Source: Acholeplasma sp.
GTDB lineage: Bacteria > Bacillota_I > Bacilli_A > Acholeplasmatales > UBA5453
Assembly (NCBI GenBank): GCA_036677365.1
Contig: JAVBWN010000021.1
Coordinates: forward strand, 12,804-76,803
Reading direction: 5' to 3'
Length of the DNA stretch: 64,000 bases
The first letter of the stretch is position 1. Each line of letters begins with the position of its first letter. A model generated the notes under the pieces. That model did no database searches, was not told the DNA's origin, and saw nothing but the letters and a program-made list of their open reading frames with translations. Position numbers and translations under genes: made by a program. This document shows positions 48,649 through 58,316 of the stretch, one piece after another.

Positions 48649-51174
48649 ATGGGCAAAAAAGACATTACATACACCCCAATGATGCAACAATACTTAGACA
48701 TTAAAAAGGACTACGCTGATGCGATAGTCTTTTTTAGATTAGGCGACTTCTATGAAATGTTTTTTGATGACGCGATTCTCGCATCCAAAGAATTAGAGAT
48801 TGCATTGACGGGTCGAGATGCTGGGGTGAAAGAACGTGTACCGATGTGTGGGGTACCTTACCATGCGATGATTCCTTACGCACAACGGTTGATTCAAAAA
48901 GGGTATAAGATTGCGATTGTCGAACAAGTAACCGAACCTGGCAATGGATTGGTTAAACGTGAAGTAGTTAAACTCATCACCCCAGGGATGATCATGGATG
49001 AGGGTATCTTGGATGCTTCAAGTTATAACTATATCGGCGCACTCATTCAAGATAAACTCAAATACCACTTGGCATTTGCTGATTTATCCACCGGGGATTT
49101 ATCGATTTTAAAAGACTTATCCGATCACGATTTGATCAAGCAATTGTTGGTCTTAAACATCAAAGAATTGGTGTTACAAAAAGACCAAAAACGTTTAGAA
49201 GACAAATTAAAACCTTATGTTTTGATTTCTTATACCGAGGGTAGATTGCCATCACACTTACTGGAAGGCTTATCTGATTTACCCAAAGAAACAGTATCGG
49301 CTTTATTATATTATTTAAGTGATACTCAAAAAAGCGACATCAAGCAGTTCAATCATTTGAATATCATTGAACCAGAAGCTTTTTTAAAGATGGATTTTCA
49401 AAGCCGTGCCAGTTTAGAGTTATCCACCAACAATGGAAAACGCAATGCTGAAACTCTGCTATCTACCATTGACCAAACCATCACCGCTTTAGGTTCGAGG
49501 TTACTCAGAAGATTCATGGAAGAACCAAGTCGTGATGAACAAGTATTGACGTATCGCTATGATTTAATCGATGAATTGAGTAGCAACATCATTCATTTAA
49601 ATGAACTCCGTGAATCTTTAAAAGGGGTTTACGATTTAAGACGCATCACCTCACGTATCGCAACCAAAAATGCATCGGGAAAAGATTTGGCACAGTTGCG
49701 TCAAACCCTTTCTCGAATACCAAACATCAAGCAAACATTGTTCGCATTTGGTAGTCCTCTACTCATCGAACTGAATAGCCAAGTGGATGATTTTCAGGAT
49801 TTACATGCCTTGCTTGATAAAGCCGTTGAAATCGACCCACCACTCACGTTAAAAGAAGGTGGACTCATTAAGTTGGGTTATCATCCACAACTCGATGAAT
49901 TGAAACTGGCATCGAGTGATGGTAAGTCTTGGATGCTGGATTTTGAAGCCAAAGAGAAAGAACGTACAGGCATTAAAAACCTTAAAGTAGGTTATAATCG
50001 TGTGTTCGGTTATTATATTGAAATATCCAAAGGGAACCTCGACTTGGTTCAACCTGAATTTGGTTATGAACGTAAACAAACCTTATCCACAGGTGAACGT
50101 TATGTGACACCCATCTTAAAAGAAAAAGAAGCATTTTTACTTTCAGCAGGTGAAAAAGAACTTGCACTTGAGTATGAACTCTTTATCAAGTTACGTGACG
50201 AGGTCGCACAATATACCAAAGATTTACAAAATCTATCTGACAAAATCGCCTTCATCGATGTGATGGCAAACCTTGCTTTTGTGGCGAAGAAATACCGTTA
50301 TGTTCGACCAAGTTTGCAAAAAGACCCGATTGTACATGTTAGAAATGGTCGTCACCCTGTGGTTGAACAAGCCCTTCAAGGCAAGTTTGTTGAAAACCAC
50401 ATTGACATCAATGAATCCGGTATACTCCTCATTACAGGACCAAACATGAGTGGTAAATCCACCTACATGCGGATGCTTGCACAAATCGTGGTGTTGGCTC
50501 AAATGGGGTCTTTTGTTCCGGCAGATGAAGCGAATCTACCTCTATTTGACGCCATTTACACCCGCATTGGGGCGAGTGATGATTTAAGTGCAGGACAATC
50601 GACTTTTATGGTTGAAATGCTTGAAGCCAATGAAGCCATCCGAAACGCAACCAAACAAAGTTTACTGATCTTCGATGAGATTGGACGCGGCACAGCTACT
50701 TATGATGGCATGGCACTGGCTCAAGCGATCATCGAATATGTGCATGAAAAAATCAAAGCCATCACCTTGTTTTCAACCCATTATCATGAGTTGACAGCAC
50801 TTGAACAAACCTTAAAGAGACTTAAAAATATCCATGTATCGGCCGTTGAAGAAAAACACAACATCGTTTTTTTACACAAAATCAAAGAAGGTCCAACCGA
50901 TAAATCTTACGGGATCAATGTCGCAGAATTGGCCAAATTACCGAAAACCCTCATCTATCGAGCCGATGAAATCTTGAAACATTTAGAAGCAGATAAGAAA
51001 AAAACAGCACTACTCAATTTATTCAATTTTGACCAAGTTGAACAAATCGAAAATACGTATGTATCCAAAACAGAAGAACACGTCATTGAAACTTTAAAGG
51101 AAACAGACATCAATGGGTTAACACCACTCGATGCACTGATCCTGATTAAGAAACTTCAAGATGAATTAAAGTAA
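48649..51174 (+). CDS. mutS: Mismatch repair protein MutS
   Basis: TPMMQQY, GDFYEMF, TGPNMSGKST, DEIGRGT, SYGI.VA. Confidence 0.98.
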   Translation: MGKKDITYTPMMQQYLDIKKDYADAIVFFRLGDFYEMFFDDAILASKELEIALTGRDAGVKERVPMCGVPYHAMIPYAQRLIQKGYKIAIVEQVTEPGNGLVKREVVKLITPGMIMDEGILDASSYNYIGALIQDKLKYHLAFADLSTGDLSILKDLSDHDLIKQLLVLNIKELVLQKDQKRLEDKLKPYVLISYTEGRLPSHLLEGLSDLPKETVSALLYYLSDTQKSDIKQFNHLNIIEPEAFLKMDFQSRASLELSTNNGKRNAETLLSTIDQTITALGSRLLRRFMEEPSRDEQVLTYRYDLIDELSSNIIHLNELRESLKGVYDLRRITSRIATKNASGKDLAQLRQTLSRIPNIKQTLFAFGSPLLIELNSQVDDFQDLHALLDKAVEIDPPLTLKEGGLIKLGYHPQLDELKLASSDGKSWMLDFEAKEKERTGIKNLKVGYNRVFGYYIEISKGNLDLVQPEFGYERKQTLSTGERYVTPILKEKEAFLLSAGEKELALEYELFIKLRDEVAQYTKDLQNLSDKIAFIDVMANLAFVAKKYRYVRPSLQKDPIVHVRNGRHPVVEQALQGKFVENHIDINESGILLITGPNMSGKSTYMRMLAQIVVLAQMGSFVPADEANLPLFDAIYTRIGASDDLSAGQSTFMVEMLEANEAIRNATKQSLLIFDEIGRGTATYDGMALAQAIIEYVHEKIKAITLFSTHYHELTALEQTLKRLKNIHVSAVEEKHNIVFLHKIKEGPTDKSYGINVAELAKLPKTLIYRADEILKHLEADKKKTALLNLFNFDQVEQIENTYVSKTEEHVIETLKETDINGLTPLDALILIKKLQDELK

Positions 51175-51187
51175 AGGGGGAATTCTT

Positions 51188-52903
51188 TTGGCAACCATCA
51201 TTAAATTAGACGAACGACTATCCAATATGATCGCTGCTGGAGAAGTCGTCACCCGTCCAGCCTCTGCGCTCAAAGAATTGATTGAAAACGCGATTGATGC
51301 GAAATCAACCAAGATTGAAATCCATTTAAAGAACCATGGGCTTGAAGAAATTAAAGTATTAGACAATGGGATTGGGATGGATAAAACAGACCTCCACTTG
51401 GCTTTTTTAAGACACGCTACCTCGAAGATCAAAAATGAATTTGACTTAGCTCACATTGTCAGTCTAGGTTTTAGAGGTGAAGCTGTCCCAGCCATCGCTT
51501 CGGTCTCAAAAATGGTCATCTCTTCAAAAACGGTGGATTCAGATCCGTATTATGTGTCATATGAAGGTGGCACTTTTGTCCAAGAGGGGTATGTATCTTT
51601 GAATCAAGGCACTGAAGTTAAAGTCAAAGATTTGTTTTACAACGTGCCAGCCCGTTTAAAATACATAAAATCACCTCAAACTGAATTGGCCTATATGCTT
51701 GAAGTCATCGATGAGATGATTTTATCCAATCCAAAGATCGCTTTTATTGTCACCCATGACAACAAAATCGTGAGAACGACCAGTGGTAAAAATGATTACA
51801 CTGAAATTTTCAATGATTTATATGGTGTGGATGTGGCGAAAGCATTGAAACACCATGAGATTGAAAAAAACGACATACGAATCCATGCGTATGTGGTTTC
51901 ACCTCAAATTACCCGAGCGAGAAAAAATGATGTGGTAATCTCCGTCAATGGTAGAACCATTCAAAACTATACGTTGGTCAATAGTGTGATCGAAGGGTAC
52001 CATACCCATTTGATGACGGGTAGGTACCCAATCGCATTCATCGACATCAAAATGGATGTCGCATTGCTCGATGTCAATGTCCACCCACAAAAGAAAGAAA
52101 TCAAATTTTCCAATGAGTATGTGGTCGCAAACCTCATTCGTACCTGTGTATCTGAAGCATTCTCTAGTCAAAAAGAAACCATCCCGGATGTATTAAAAGA
52201 GGCTTCGAAAACAATCAAATATACAGGTTTTGAACTGTGGGAAAGCGGTTTGGATTTGGCTGTAGAACCCAAATCAGACATTAAAGTGGAAGAAACACAA
52301 ACCTTAGACAAAAACGCATTTAAAAAACTACCTCAGATGAGCTACATAGGCGCATACGCGGGTACGTATTTAATATTTCAAAACCCAACCGGTCTTTACT
52401 TGGTTGATCAACACGCGGCAGCTGAGCGGATTCGCTATGAGAAAATCTACGAAAGACTTGGCGCAATCAAATCCGAAAGAAAACAGCTTTTGACACCGAT
52501 TGCATATACCTTTAGACCGACAGAAATCGACATCATCGATCAAAACCAGGCATTAATCGGATCATATGGTTTGGTTTTTGAGCCTTTCCAAGGTAGCCAT
52601 GTACTTAGAGAACTGCCGATTTGGCTAGAGGAAAAAGACATTGATTTTATGGTATATGGGCTAATAGAACAACTCAGACAATACCAATCCATCGATCTTA
52701 AAAAACTCCGTGATCAATTGGCAAAAGACATCGCATGCAAAGGCGCAATCAAAGCCAATAAACCTTTGAGTATGTTGGAAATTGACCATTTGATGCAATC
52801 CTTATCCGCATGTGAAAACCCGTATTATTGTCCGCACGGCAGACCCATCCTCATCTCATTCACCCAATATGAGATTGAAAAATTATTCAAGAGGATCATA
52901 TGA
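51188..52903 (+). CDS. mutL: Mismatch repair endonuclease MutL
   Basis: IAAGEV, KELIEN.IDA, GFRGEA, DQHAAAERI.YE, ACK, CPHGRP. Confidence 0.97.
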   Translation: MATIIKLDERLSNMIAAGEVVTRPASALKELIENAIDAKSTKIEIHLKNHGLEEIKVLDNGIGMDKTDLHLAFLRHATSKIKNEFDLAHIVSLGFRGEAVPAIASVSKMVISSKTVDSDPYYVSYEGGTFVQEGYVSLNQGTEVKVKDLFYNVPARLKYIKSPQTELAYMLEVIDEMILSNPKIAFIVTHDNKIVRTTSGKNDYTEIFNDLYGVDVAKALKHHEIEKNDIRIHAYVVSPQITRARKNDVVISVNGRTIQNYTLVNSVIEGYHTHLMTGRYPIAFIDIKMDVALLDVNVHPQKKEIKFSNEYVVANLIRTCVSEAFSSQKETIPDVLKEASKTIKYTGFELWESGLDLAVEPKSDIKVEETQTLDKNAFKKLPQMSYIGAYAGTYLIFQNPTGLYLVDQHAAAERIRYEKIYERLGAIKSERKQLLTPIAYTFRPTEIDIIDQNQALIGSYGLVFEPFQGSHVLRELPIWLEEKDIDFMVYGLIEQLRQYQSIDLKKLRDQLAKDIACKGAIKANKPLSMLEIDHLMQSLSACENPYYCPHGRPILISFTQYEIEKLFKRII

Positions 52904-53775
52904 AAAAAGTCGTTGTTATTTGTGGGCCTACTGCGGTTGGTAAAACCAAATTATCCATCGATTTGGCTAAACACTTTAAAGCAGAAATCATATCAGGTGA
53001 CTCAGTTCAAGTCTATAAGCGTTTAGATATTGGCTCAGCGAAAATTACGAAAGTAGAACAAGCTGGCGTACCGCATCATATGCTGGATGTGCTTTTACCC
53101 ACGGAACCCTTCGATGTGGCAACCTTCCAACGGATGGTACGCAAACACATCGATGAAATTGAAGTACCCTTTGTCGTTGGGGGAACGGGGTTATACATTA
53201 AAGCGGCATTATTCGATTATGAATTCAATAATCCCAAACGTGATTTGATTGAAGAAAAACAATATGACCATCTGGACAATGAAGCATTACATCAACAATT
53301 GATGTCGATGGATCCAATCACAGCAAATCAACTACACCCTAACAACCGCAGACGTGTTTTAAGGGCACTGTCTTTAGCCAAAGAAACCAAGCGCAGCAGT
53401 CTTCAAAAAAAAGACGTGCCTGTATATGATGCCTTGATTTTATACGCATCGATGGACCGGGCACTGTTATATGAACGGATCAATCGTAGGGTGGATTTGA
53501 TGATGCAAGATGGTTTTTTAGAAGAAGTGAAAGCCCTCAAAGCAGATGGCATTGAACTCGACATATTGGGATATCGTGAGCTATCTGAATATTTAGATGG
53601 TGCATACCCGTTAGATGTAGCACTCGAAGAAATCAAAAAGAAAACCAGACATTTGGCCAAACGCCAACAAACGTGGTTCAGCAATCAAATGCATGCTGAA
53701 CTCATCGATATGCAAGACTATGCACAGGCACTGGCCTTAGCCATCGATAAAATCACTGCATTCTATCAGAGGTAA
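52900..53775 (+). CDS. miaA: tRNA dimethylallyltransferase
   Basis: GPTAVGKT, DS.QVY..LDIGSAK, VGGTGLY, AKRQ.TWF. Confidence 0.97.
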   Translation: MKKVVVICGPTAVGKTKLSIDLAKHFKAEIISGDSVQVYKRLDIGSAKITKVEQAGVPHHMLDVLLPTEPFDVATFQRMVRKHIDEIEVPFVVGGTGLYIKAALFDYEFNNPKRDLIEEKQYDHLDNEALHQQLMSMDPITANQLHPNNRRRVLRALSLAKETKRSSLQKKDVPVYDALILYASMDRALLYERINRRVDLMMQDGFLEEVKALKADGIELDILGYRELSEYLDGAYPLDVALEEIKKKTRHLAKRQQTWFSNQMHAELIDMQDYAQALALAIDKITAFYQR

Positions 53776-53776
53776 C

Positions 53777-54268
53777 ATGAATATATATTTGATTGGTATG
53801 CCAGGGGCGGGTAAATCCACCATTGGTAAAGCTTTAGCAAAACAACTCAATTATCGTTTCATCGATTTAGACCATGAGATTGAACGTAATGCGCTCATGT
53901 TTATCGATGAAATCTTTGAAAAGTATGGGGAAGAAACCTTCCGAAATCAAGAGAAAAAAGCCCTGAGTGAAATTCAAGGCGACCATTGGGTCATATCCAC
54001 CGGTGGCGGCATCGTTAAAGACCGCACCAATAAACAGTTGATGCATGGCATCAAGGTATATATCGATACCGACATCACTTTGATTGAAGACCGTATCGCA
54101 AAAGATTACCCAAGACCCCTATTAAAAAATAAGTCACTCGATACATTGTATCAAGAGCGCATGCTAAACTATGTGTTCTTCGCAGACTTGATTGTTTCTA
54201 ATGATGGCAATATCGAACAGACCACGACCAAACTGATTCAACTATTGAAGGAGAAATTCAATGTATGA
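53777..54268 (+). CDS. aroK: Shikimate kinase
   Basis: GMPGAGKSTIG, D.D..IE, GE..FR..E, STGGG, RPLL. Confidence 0.93.
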   Translation: MNIYLIGMPGAGKSTIGKALAKQLNYRFIDLDHEIERNALMFIDEIFEKYGEETFRNQEKKALSEIQGDHWVISTGGGIVKDRTNKQLMHGIKVYIDTDITLIEDRIAKDYPRPLLKNKSLDTLYQERMLNYVFFADLIVSNDGNIEQTTTKLIQLLKEKFNV

Positions 54269-54690
54269 AATGCTTAGTTGTCCACGGACCTAATTTAAAT
54301 ATGCTAGGTAAACGCAATCCGGAATTATACGGGTCTTTGACGATGAAAGATATCAATCAACTTTTATCGGATACGTACCCAGACATGGATTTTACATTTT
54401 TCCAATCGAATCATGAAGGCGCGATCATCGATTTATTACAAGGTGCGGATGAATACGATGCTTTGGTCATCAACCCAGGCGGATTAACCCACCATTCTGT
54501 ATCTTTAAGAGATGCTTTTGAGTTGGTACCTTGTAAAAAAGCGGTGGTGCATTTAAGCGATATTGAAACCAGAGAGTATTTTCGCCGGTTTGATATACTT
54601 AAACCTTTGGCCGATGTGTACGTAAAAGGCCTAAAAGAGCAAAGTTATGTGTTGGCTGTAAAAGAATTGGTCGAAAAACATTTACATTAA
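54265..54690 (+). CDS. aroQ: Type II 3-dehydroquinate dehydratase
   Basis: GPNLNMLG.R.P..YG, QSNHEG, INPGG.TH.S..LRDA. Confidence 0.9.
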   Translation: MKCLVVHGPNLNMLGKRNPELYGSLTMKDINQLLSDTYPDMDFTFFQSNHEGAIIDLLQGADEYDALVINPGGLTHHSVSLRDAFELVPCKKAVVHLSDIETREYFRRFDILKPLADVYVKGLKEQSYVLAVKELVEKHLH

Positions 54691-54737
54691 CCATATGTAT
54701 GATATAATATAAAAGGATTTTTTAAGGAGGTAAAGAC

Positions 54738-55301
54738 ATGTATACAACCAGTGATTTTAAAACCGGTCTTACCATTGGCTATAAAGGTAACATCTACTCA
54801 ATCATGGAGTTCATGCACGTAAAATCTGCAAACTCTATGGCATTCGTTCGTACAAAAGTAAGAAATTTAAGAACAGGTGCCATCACCGAAATGGCGTTTA
54901 ATGCTCAAGAAAAATTTGAAAGAGCACAAATTGACAAGATTTCGATGCAATACCTATACGGCTCAGATGGTATGCACGTGTTCATGAATTTGGACAACTA
55001 CGAACAAGTCGAAATTCCACATGATCAAATCAAAAATGAAGCACGCTTCATCGTGGATGGGATGACTGTAGAAGTTCTATCTTACAATGAAGTTGAAATC
55101 TTAGGGATCAATCTCCCAGATAAAGTTGCACTCACTGTCAAAGAAACCGTACCAGGCGTTAAAGGCGATACCAAAACCACTGCAATGAAAGATGCTGTAC
55201 TTGAAACCGGTTTACAAACCAAAGTACCGATGTTCATTGAAGAAGGCGAACGTATTGTGGTTAGCACCATTGACGGGTCTTATGTTTCTCGCGAAAAGTA
55301 A
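54738..55301 (+). CDS. efp: Elongation factor P with atypical loop
   Basis: DFKTGLT, AFVRTK.RNL.TG, MQYLY, PGVKGDT, LETG....VP.FI..GE, Y.SR. Confidence 0.95.
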   Translation: MYTTSDFKTGLTIGYKGNIYSIMEFMHVKSANSMAFVRTKVRNLRTGAITEMAFNAQEKFERAQIDKISMQYLYGSDGMHVFMNLDNYEQVEIPHDQIKNEARFIVDGMTVEVLSYNEVEILGINLPDKVALTVKETVPGVKGDTKTTAMKDAVLETGLQTKVPMFIEEGERIVVSTIDGSYVSREK

Positions 55302-55307
55302 GCAATG

Positions 55308-55333
55308 AAAAGGGGTTTTGAACACCCTTTTTT
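55308..55333 (+). terminator. Intrinsic terminator
   Basis: AAAAGGG...CCCTTTTTT. Confidence 0.65.
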
Positions 55334-55438
55334 CTTTGGTTATTCAGGTTCTATATAAAAAGTGATTTATATTGTGTTTTGAAATACCACGATGACAACG
55401 TTAATGGTATAATTTAGATTGAAGTGAGGGTAAATAAT

Positions 55439-56167
55439 ATGATGAGATTACAAAAAAGATTGGCTGAAGCAGGGGTTGCATCCAGACGTGGTGCGGTTGA
55501 AATCATTGAATCAGGTAGAGTAAAAGTCAATGGTGTGGTTGTCAAGCAACCCGGTTTTTCTGTTAAAAAAGAAGACCAAGTCACTGTGGATGACAAATTG
55601 ATTGAAAAAGAAGAACATGTCTATTATTTGCTCAATAAACCTACAGGTTATGTGACAACCGTGAAGGATGATTTAAAACGCCGTACAGTCATGAGTTTGT
55701 TTGATGAAGTGGATAAATCTCAACGTATATTTCCCGTGGGACGTCTGGATTACGATACCGCAGGGTTGTTATTGTTCACAAATGATGGCGATTTGGCCTA
55801 TTATTTAACACGTCCTGAATATGAAGTACCCAAAACGTATTTAGCCAGGGTGGAGGGGATGCTGACCAAAGCAGCCATCAAGACACTCAAAGCGGGCGTT
55901 AAAATCGATAATTACATCACAAAACCTGCACGTGTGAAAGCCGTAGAATACGACACAAAAAACAATTCTACGTTGGTTGAAATCATCATAGCAGAAGGTA
56001 AAAATCAGCAAGTGAGAAAGATGATGGAAACCGTTGGATTCCCTGTGAAGAACTTGACCAGGGTAGGTTATGCCTTTTTAACCTTAGATGGTGTAGAACG
56101 TGGCGCGTATCGTCCACTCAAAATCCATGAGGTCAAAAAGTTGTATGGAGACATCAAAAAAATCTAA
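55439..56167 (+). CDS. rluB: rRNA pseudouridine synthase (RsuA/RluB family)
   Basis: S4 domain RLQK.LA.AGVASRR, LNKP.G, VGRLD..T.GLLLFTNDG, EGKN.QVRKM. Confidence 0.9.
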   Translation: MMRLQKRLAEAGVASRRGAVEIIESGRVKVNGVVVKQPGFSVKKEDQVTVDDKLIEKEEHVYYLLNKPTGYVTTVKDDLKRRTVMSLFDEVDKSQRIFPVGRLDYDTAGLLLFTNDGDLAYYLTRPEYEVPKTYLARVEGMLTKAAIKTLKAGVKIDNYITKPARVKAVEYDTKNNSTLVEIIIAEGKNQQVRKMMETVGFPVKNLTRVGYAFLTLDGVERGAYRPLKIHEVKKLYGDIKKI

Positions 56168-56223
56168 TAAATATGGAAATTATCACGTTATAGTGATATA
56201 ATTAAGGGGTGTGGAGGTTAATC

Positions 56224-56910
56224 ATGCCGGGATTTAAAGTTGCGATCGATGGCCCTGCTGGTAGCGGGAAATCGACCATCAGCAAGCGCATTGCTGAACA
56301 ATTGAATTTAACACATATCGACACCGGTGCGATGTACCGAGCGATTACCTACATAGCACTTCAAAAACACATCAACTTAGACGATGAGTCAAGCTATGTA
56401 TTCATGCAGGATTTAAAGGTAAGGTATGAAAGAAACCGTATCTACGTGAATGATAACGATGTCACGGATCAAATCCGTTCCGATGCAGTCACGAGAAACG
56501 TTTCGAAAGTGTCTTCATTCCCTTACGTTAGAAAGATATTGGTTCAAATCCAAAAAGAAGCCGCCAAGGACATCAATGTCATCATGGATGGCAGAGATAT
56601 TGGTTCGGTGGTTCTACCGGATGCAGATTTGAAGATTTTTTTAACAGCCAATGTCAAAGAACGGGCTAAACGGCGTCAAAAAGAAAAGGAAGTATTGGGT
56701 ATCAAACAAGAACTGGACGCCTTAGAAAATGAAATTCTAGAACGCGACCATAAGGATTCTACACGAAAAGAATCCCCACTCGTTTGTCCACCCGACGCCA
56801 TAGTGATTGATACGACGCATTATTCGATTGAGGATACTACGAAGCGTATCACAGAAGAGATATTGAAAAAGGAGAAATACCATGGAAGAACTACAAATGA
56901 AGGACGTTAA
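56224..56910 (+). CDS. cmk: Cytidylate kinase
   Basis: IDGPAGSGKST, DTGAMYR, MDGRDIG, RD..D..R. Confidence 0.96.
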   Translation: MPGFKVAIDGPAGSGKSTISKRIAEQLNLTHIDTGAMYRAITYIALQKHINLDDESSYVFMQDLKVRYERNRIYVNDNDVTDQIRSDAVTRNVSKVSSFPYVRKILVQIQKEAAKDINVIMDGRDIGSVVLPDADLKIFLTANVKERAKRRQKEKEVLGIKQELDALENEILERDHKDSTRKESPLVCPPDAIVIDTTHYSIEDTTKRITEEILKKEKYHGRTTNEGR

Positions 56911-58300
56911 TCTAGATTCAGTCAGAGTAAGAGACAAAGTCGAAGGTGAAGTATTCAAGGTCGAAGAAAAATGCATTTATTTGACTTTAGAAAACCACGC
57001 TGAAGCGAGAATGTTTGTCGAATACTTTGGAAAGAACATTACCTCGTTCGAAGGTGTTGTTAAGGTTGGGGATAAAATTAAGGCTGTCGTGAGTAAAATC
57101 AATGATGACCCTTCTTATATCCTGCTTAATAGACTGCCATTAATCAAAGAGGAAGCGTTTGAAGAAATTGAAGTGGCTTATAGAGACAATCGCTCTATTG
57201 TTACCAAGATTACGAAAGTTGACGAAAAAGGTCTTCATTTAAAGTTCGCTGGTTTCGATATATTTTTACCATTCGGATTACTTGACCGCGAATTGGTTGA
57301 ACAAAAAGATACCCTAAAAGGCCAATCTTTAGAAGTTCACCTCATTGAAGTAAAAGGTGGCAATCGTCCACGTTTAATCGCATCTAGAAAGCAAATTTTT
57401 GAAGCGAAACGTCAAGCCGAACTCGATTTAAGACAACAACAACGCAAAGAAGAAATTGATACCATCAAGACGGGTGATGTATTAAAAGGTGTCGTTGAAC
57501 GCTTAGACCCACATGCAGCAACCATCCGTTTCCAACATGTCGCAGGTTTATTACGCATCAGCCAAATATCACACAACCGTATTGAAAATATCGCTGAAGC
57601 TTTAACGGTTGGTCAAGAAATTGAAGTTAAAATCATTAAAAAAGAAGGCATGCGCCTAGACTTATCTCATAAAGCATTGTTACCAACCCCATTTGAAGCA
57701 TTCGCTGAAACCCATAAAAAAGGTTCAACGATTTCAGGTGTCGTGGTTCAAAAACTCCCATTTGGTTTAATCTTAGAATTTGAAGAAGGCGTCAGAGGTT
57801 TATTGCATGCGTCTGAATATTCATGGAATCCAAATGACAATTTTGCAAACTTCGTGAAGATTGGTGACACGGTAGAAGTGGCTATTTTATCCATCGATGT
57901 GAAACAAAAGAAGATCAGCTTATCTAAAAAAGCAATGATCGATAACCCTTGGAGAAATGTATCCTTCAAGAAGGGTGAAGACGTGAATGTCAAAGTATTG
58001 GAAATTGTTTCTGATAAAGGCATGAATGTGGAAGCCAAAGGGGTTACTGGATTCGTGCCAGTCTCCGAATTATCCACCGAAAGAGTAAACAAGATTGAAG
58101 ATTTATATGCTGTTGGCGATGAAGTTGTGGCTAGAGTCACTGAAGTCAATCCGAAAGAATGGCATTTAAAATTATCCATTAGACAAGTCAAAGAAGACAC
58201 CATTCGTAGTGAGTATGAACCTTACTTGAATCAAGAAGAAACAACAACTACCTTGGGGGACTTGTTTGGTAATGTATTAAAAGACACAAAGAAAAAATAA
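56882..58300 (+). CDS. rpsA: Ribosomal protein S1-like protein with five S1 repeats
   Basis: S1 repeats (GLLRISQIS, GLLHASEYSW, GFVPVSELS), TLGDLF tail; cmk-rpsA-der synteny. Confidence 0.9.
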   Translation: MEELQMKDVNLDSVRVRDKVEGEVFKVEEKCIYLTLENHAEARMFVEYFGKNITSFEGVVKVGDKIKAVVSKINDDPSYILLNRLPLIKEEAFEEIEVAYRDNRSIVTKITKVDEKGLHLKFAGFDIFLPFGLLDRELVEQKDTLKGQSLEVHLIEVKGGNRPRLIASRKQIFEAKRQAELDLRQQQRKEEIDTIKTGDVLKGVVERLDPHAATIRFQHVAGLLRISQISHNRIENIAEALTVGQEIEVKIIKKEGMRLDLSHKALLPTPFEAFAETHKKGSTISGVVVQKLPFGLILEFEEGVRGLLHASEYSWNPNDNFANFVKIGDTVEVAILSIDVKQKKISLSKKAMIDNPWRNVSFKKGEDVNVKVLEIVSDKGMNVEAKGVTGFVPVSELSTERVNKIEDLYAVGDEVVARVTEVNPKEWHLKLSIRQVKEDTIRSEYEPYLNQEETTTTLGDLFGNVLKDTKKK

Positions 58301-58316
58301 AACGAGGTGATGGTTA

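Noticed and set aside
50083..50091. Perfect DnaA box TTATCCACA
   Set aside because: Single copy inside the mutS coding sequence, with no cluster or origin context
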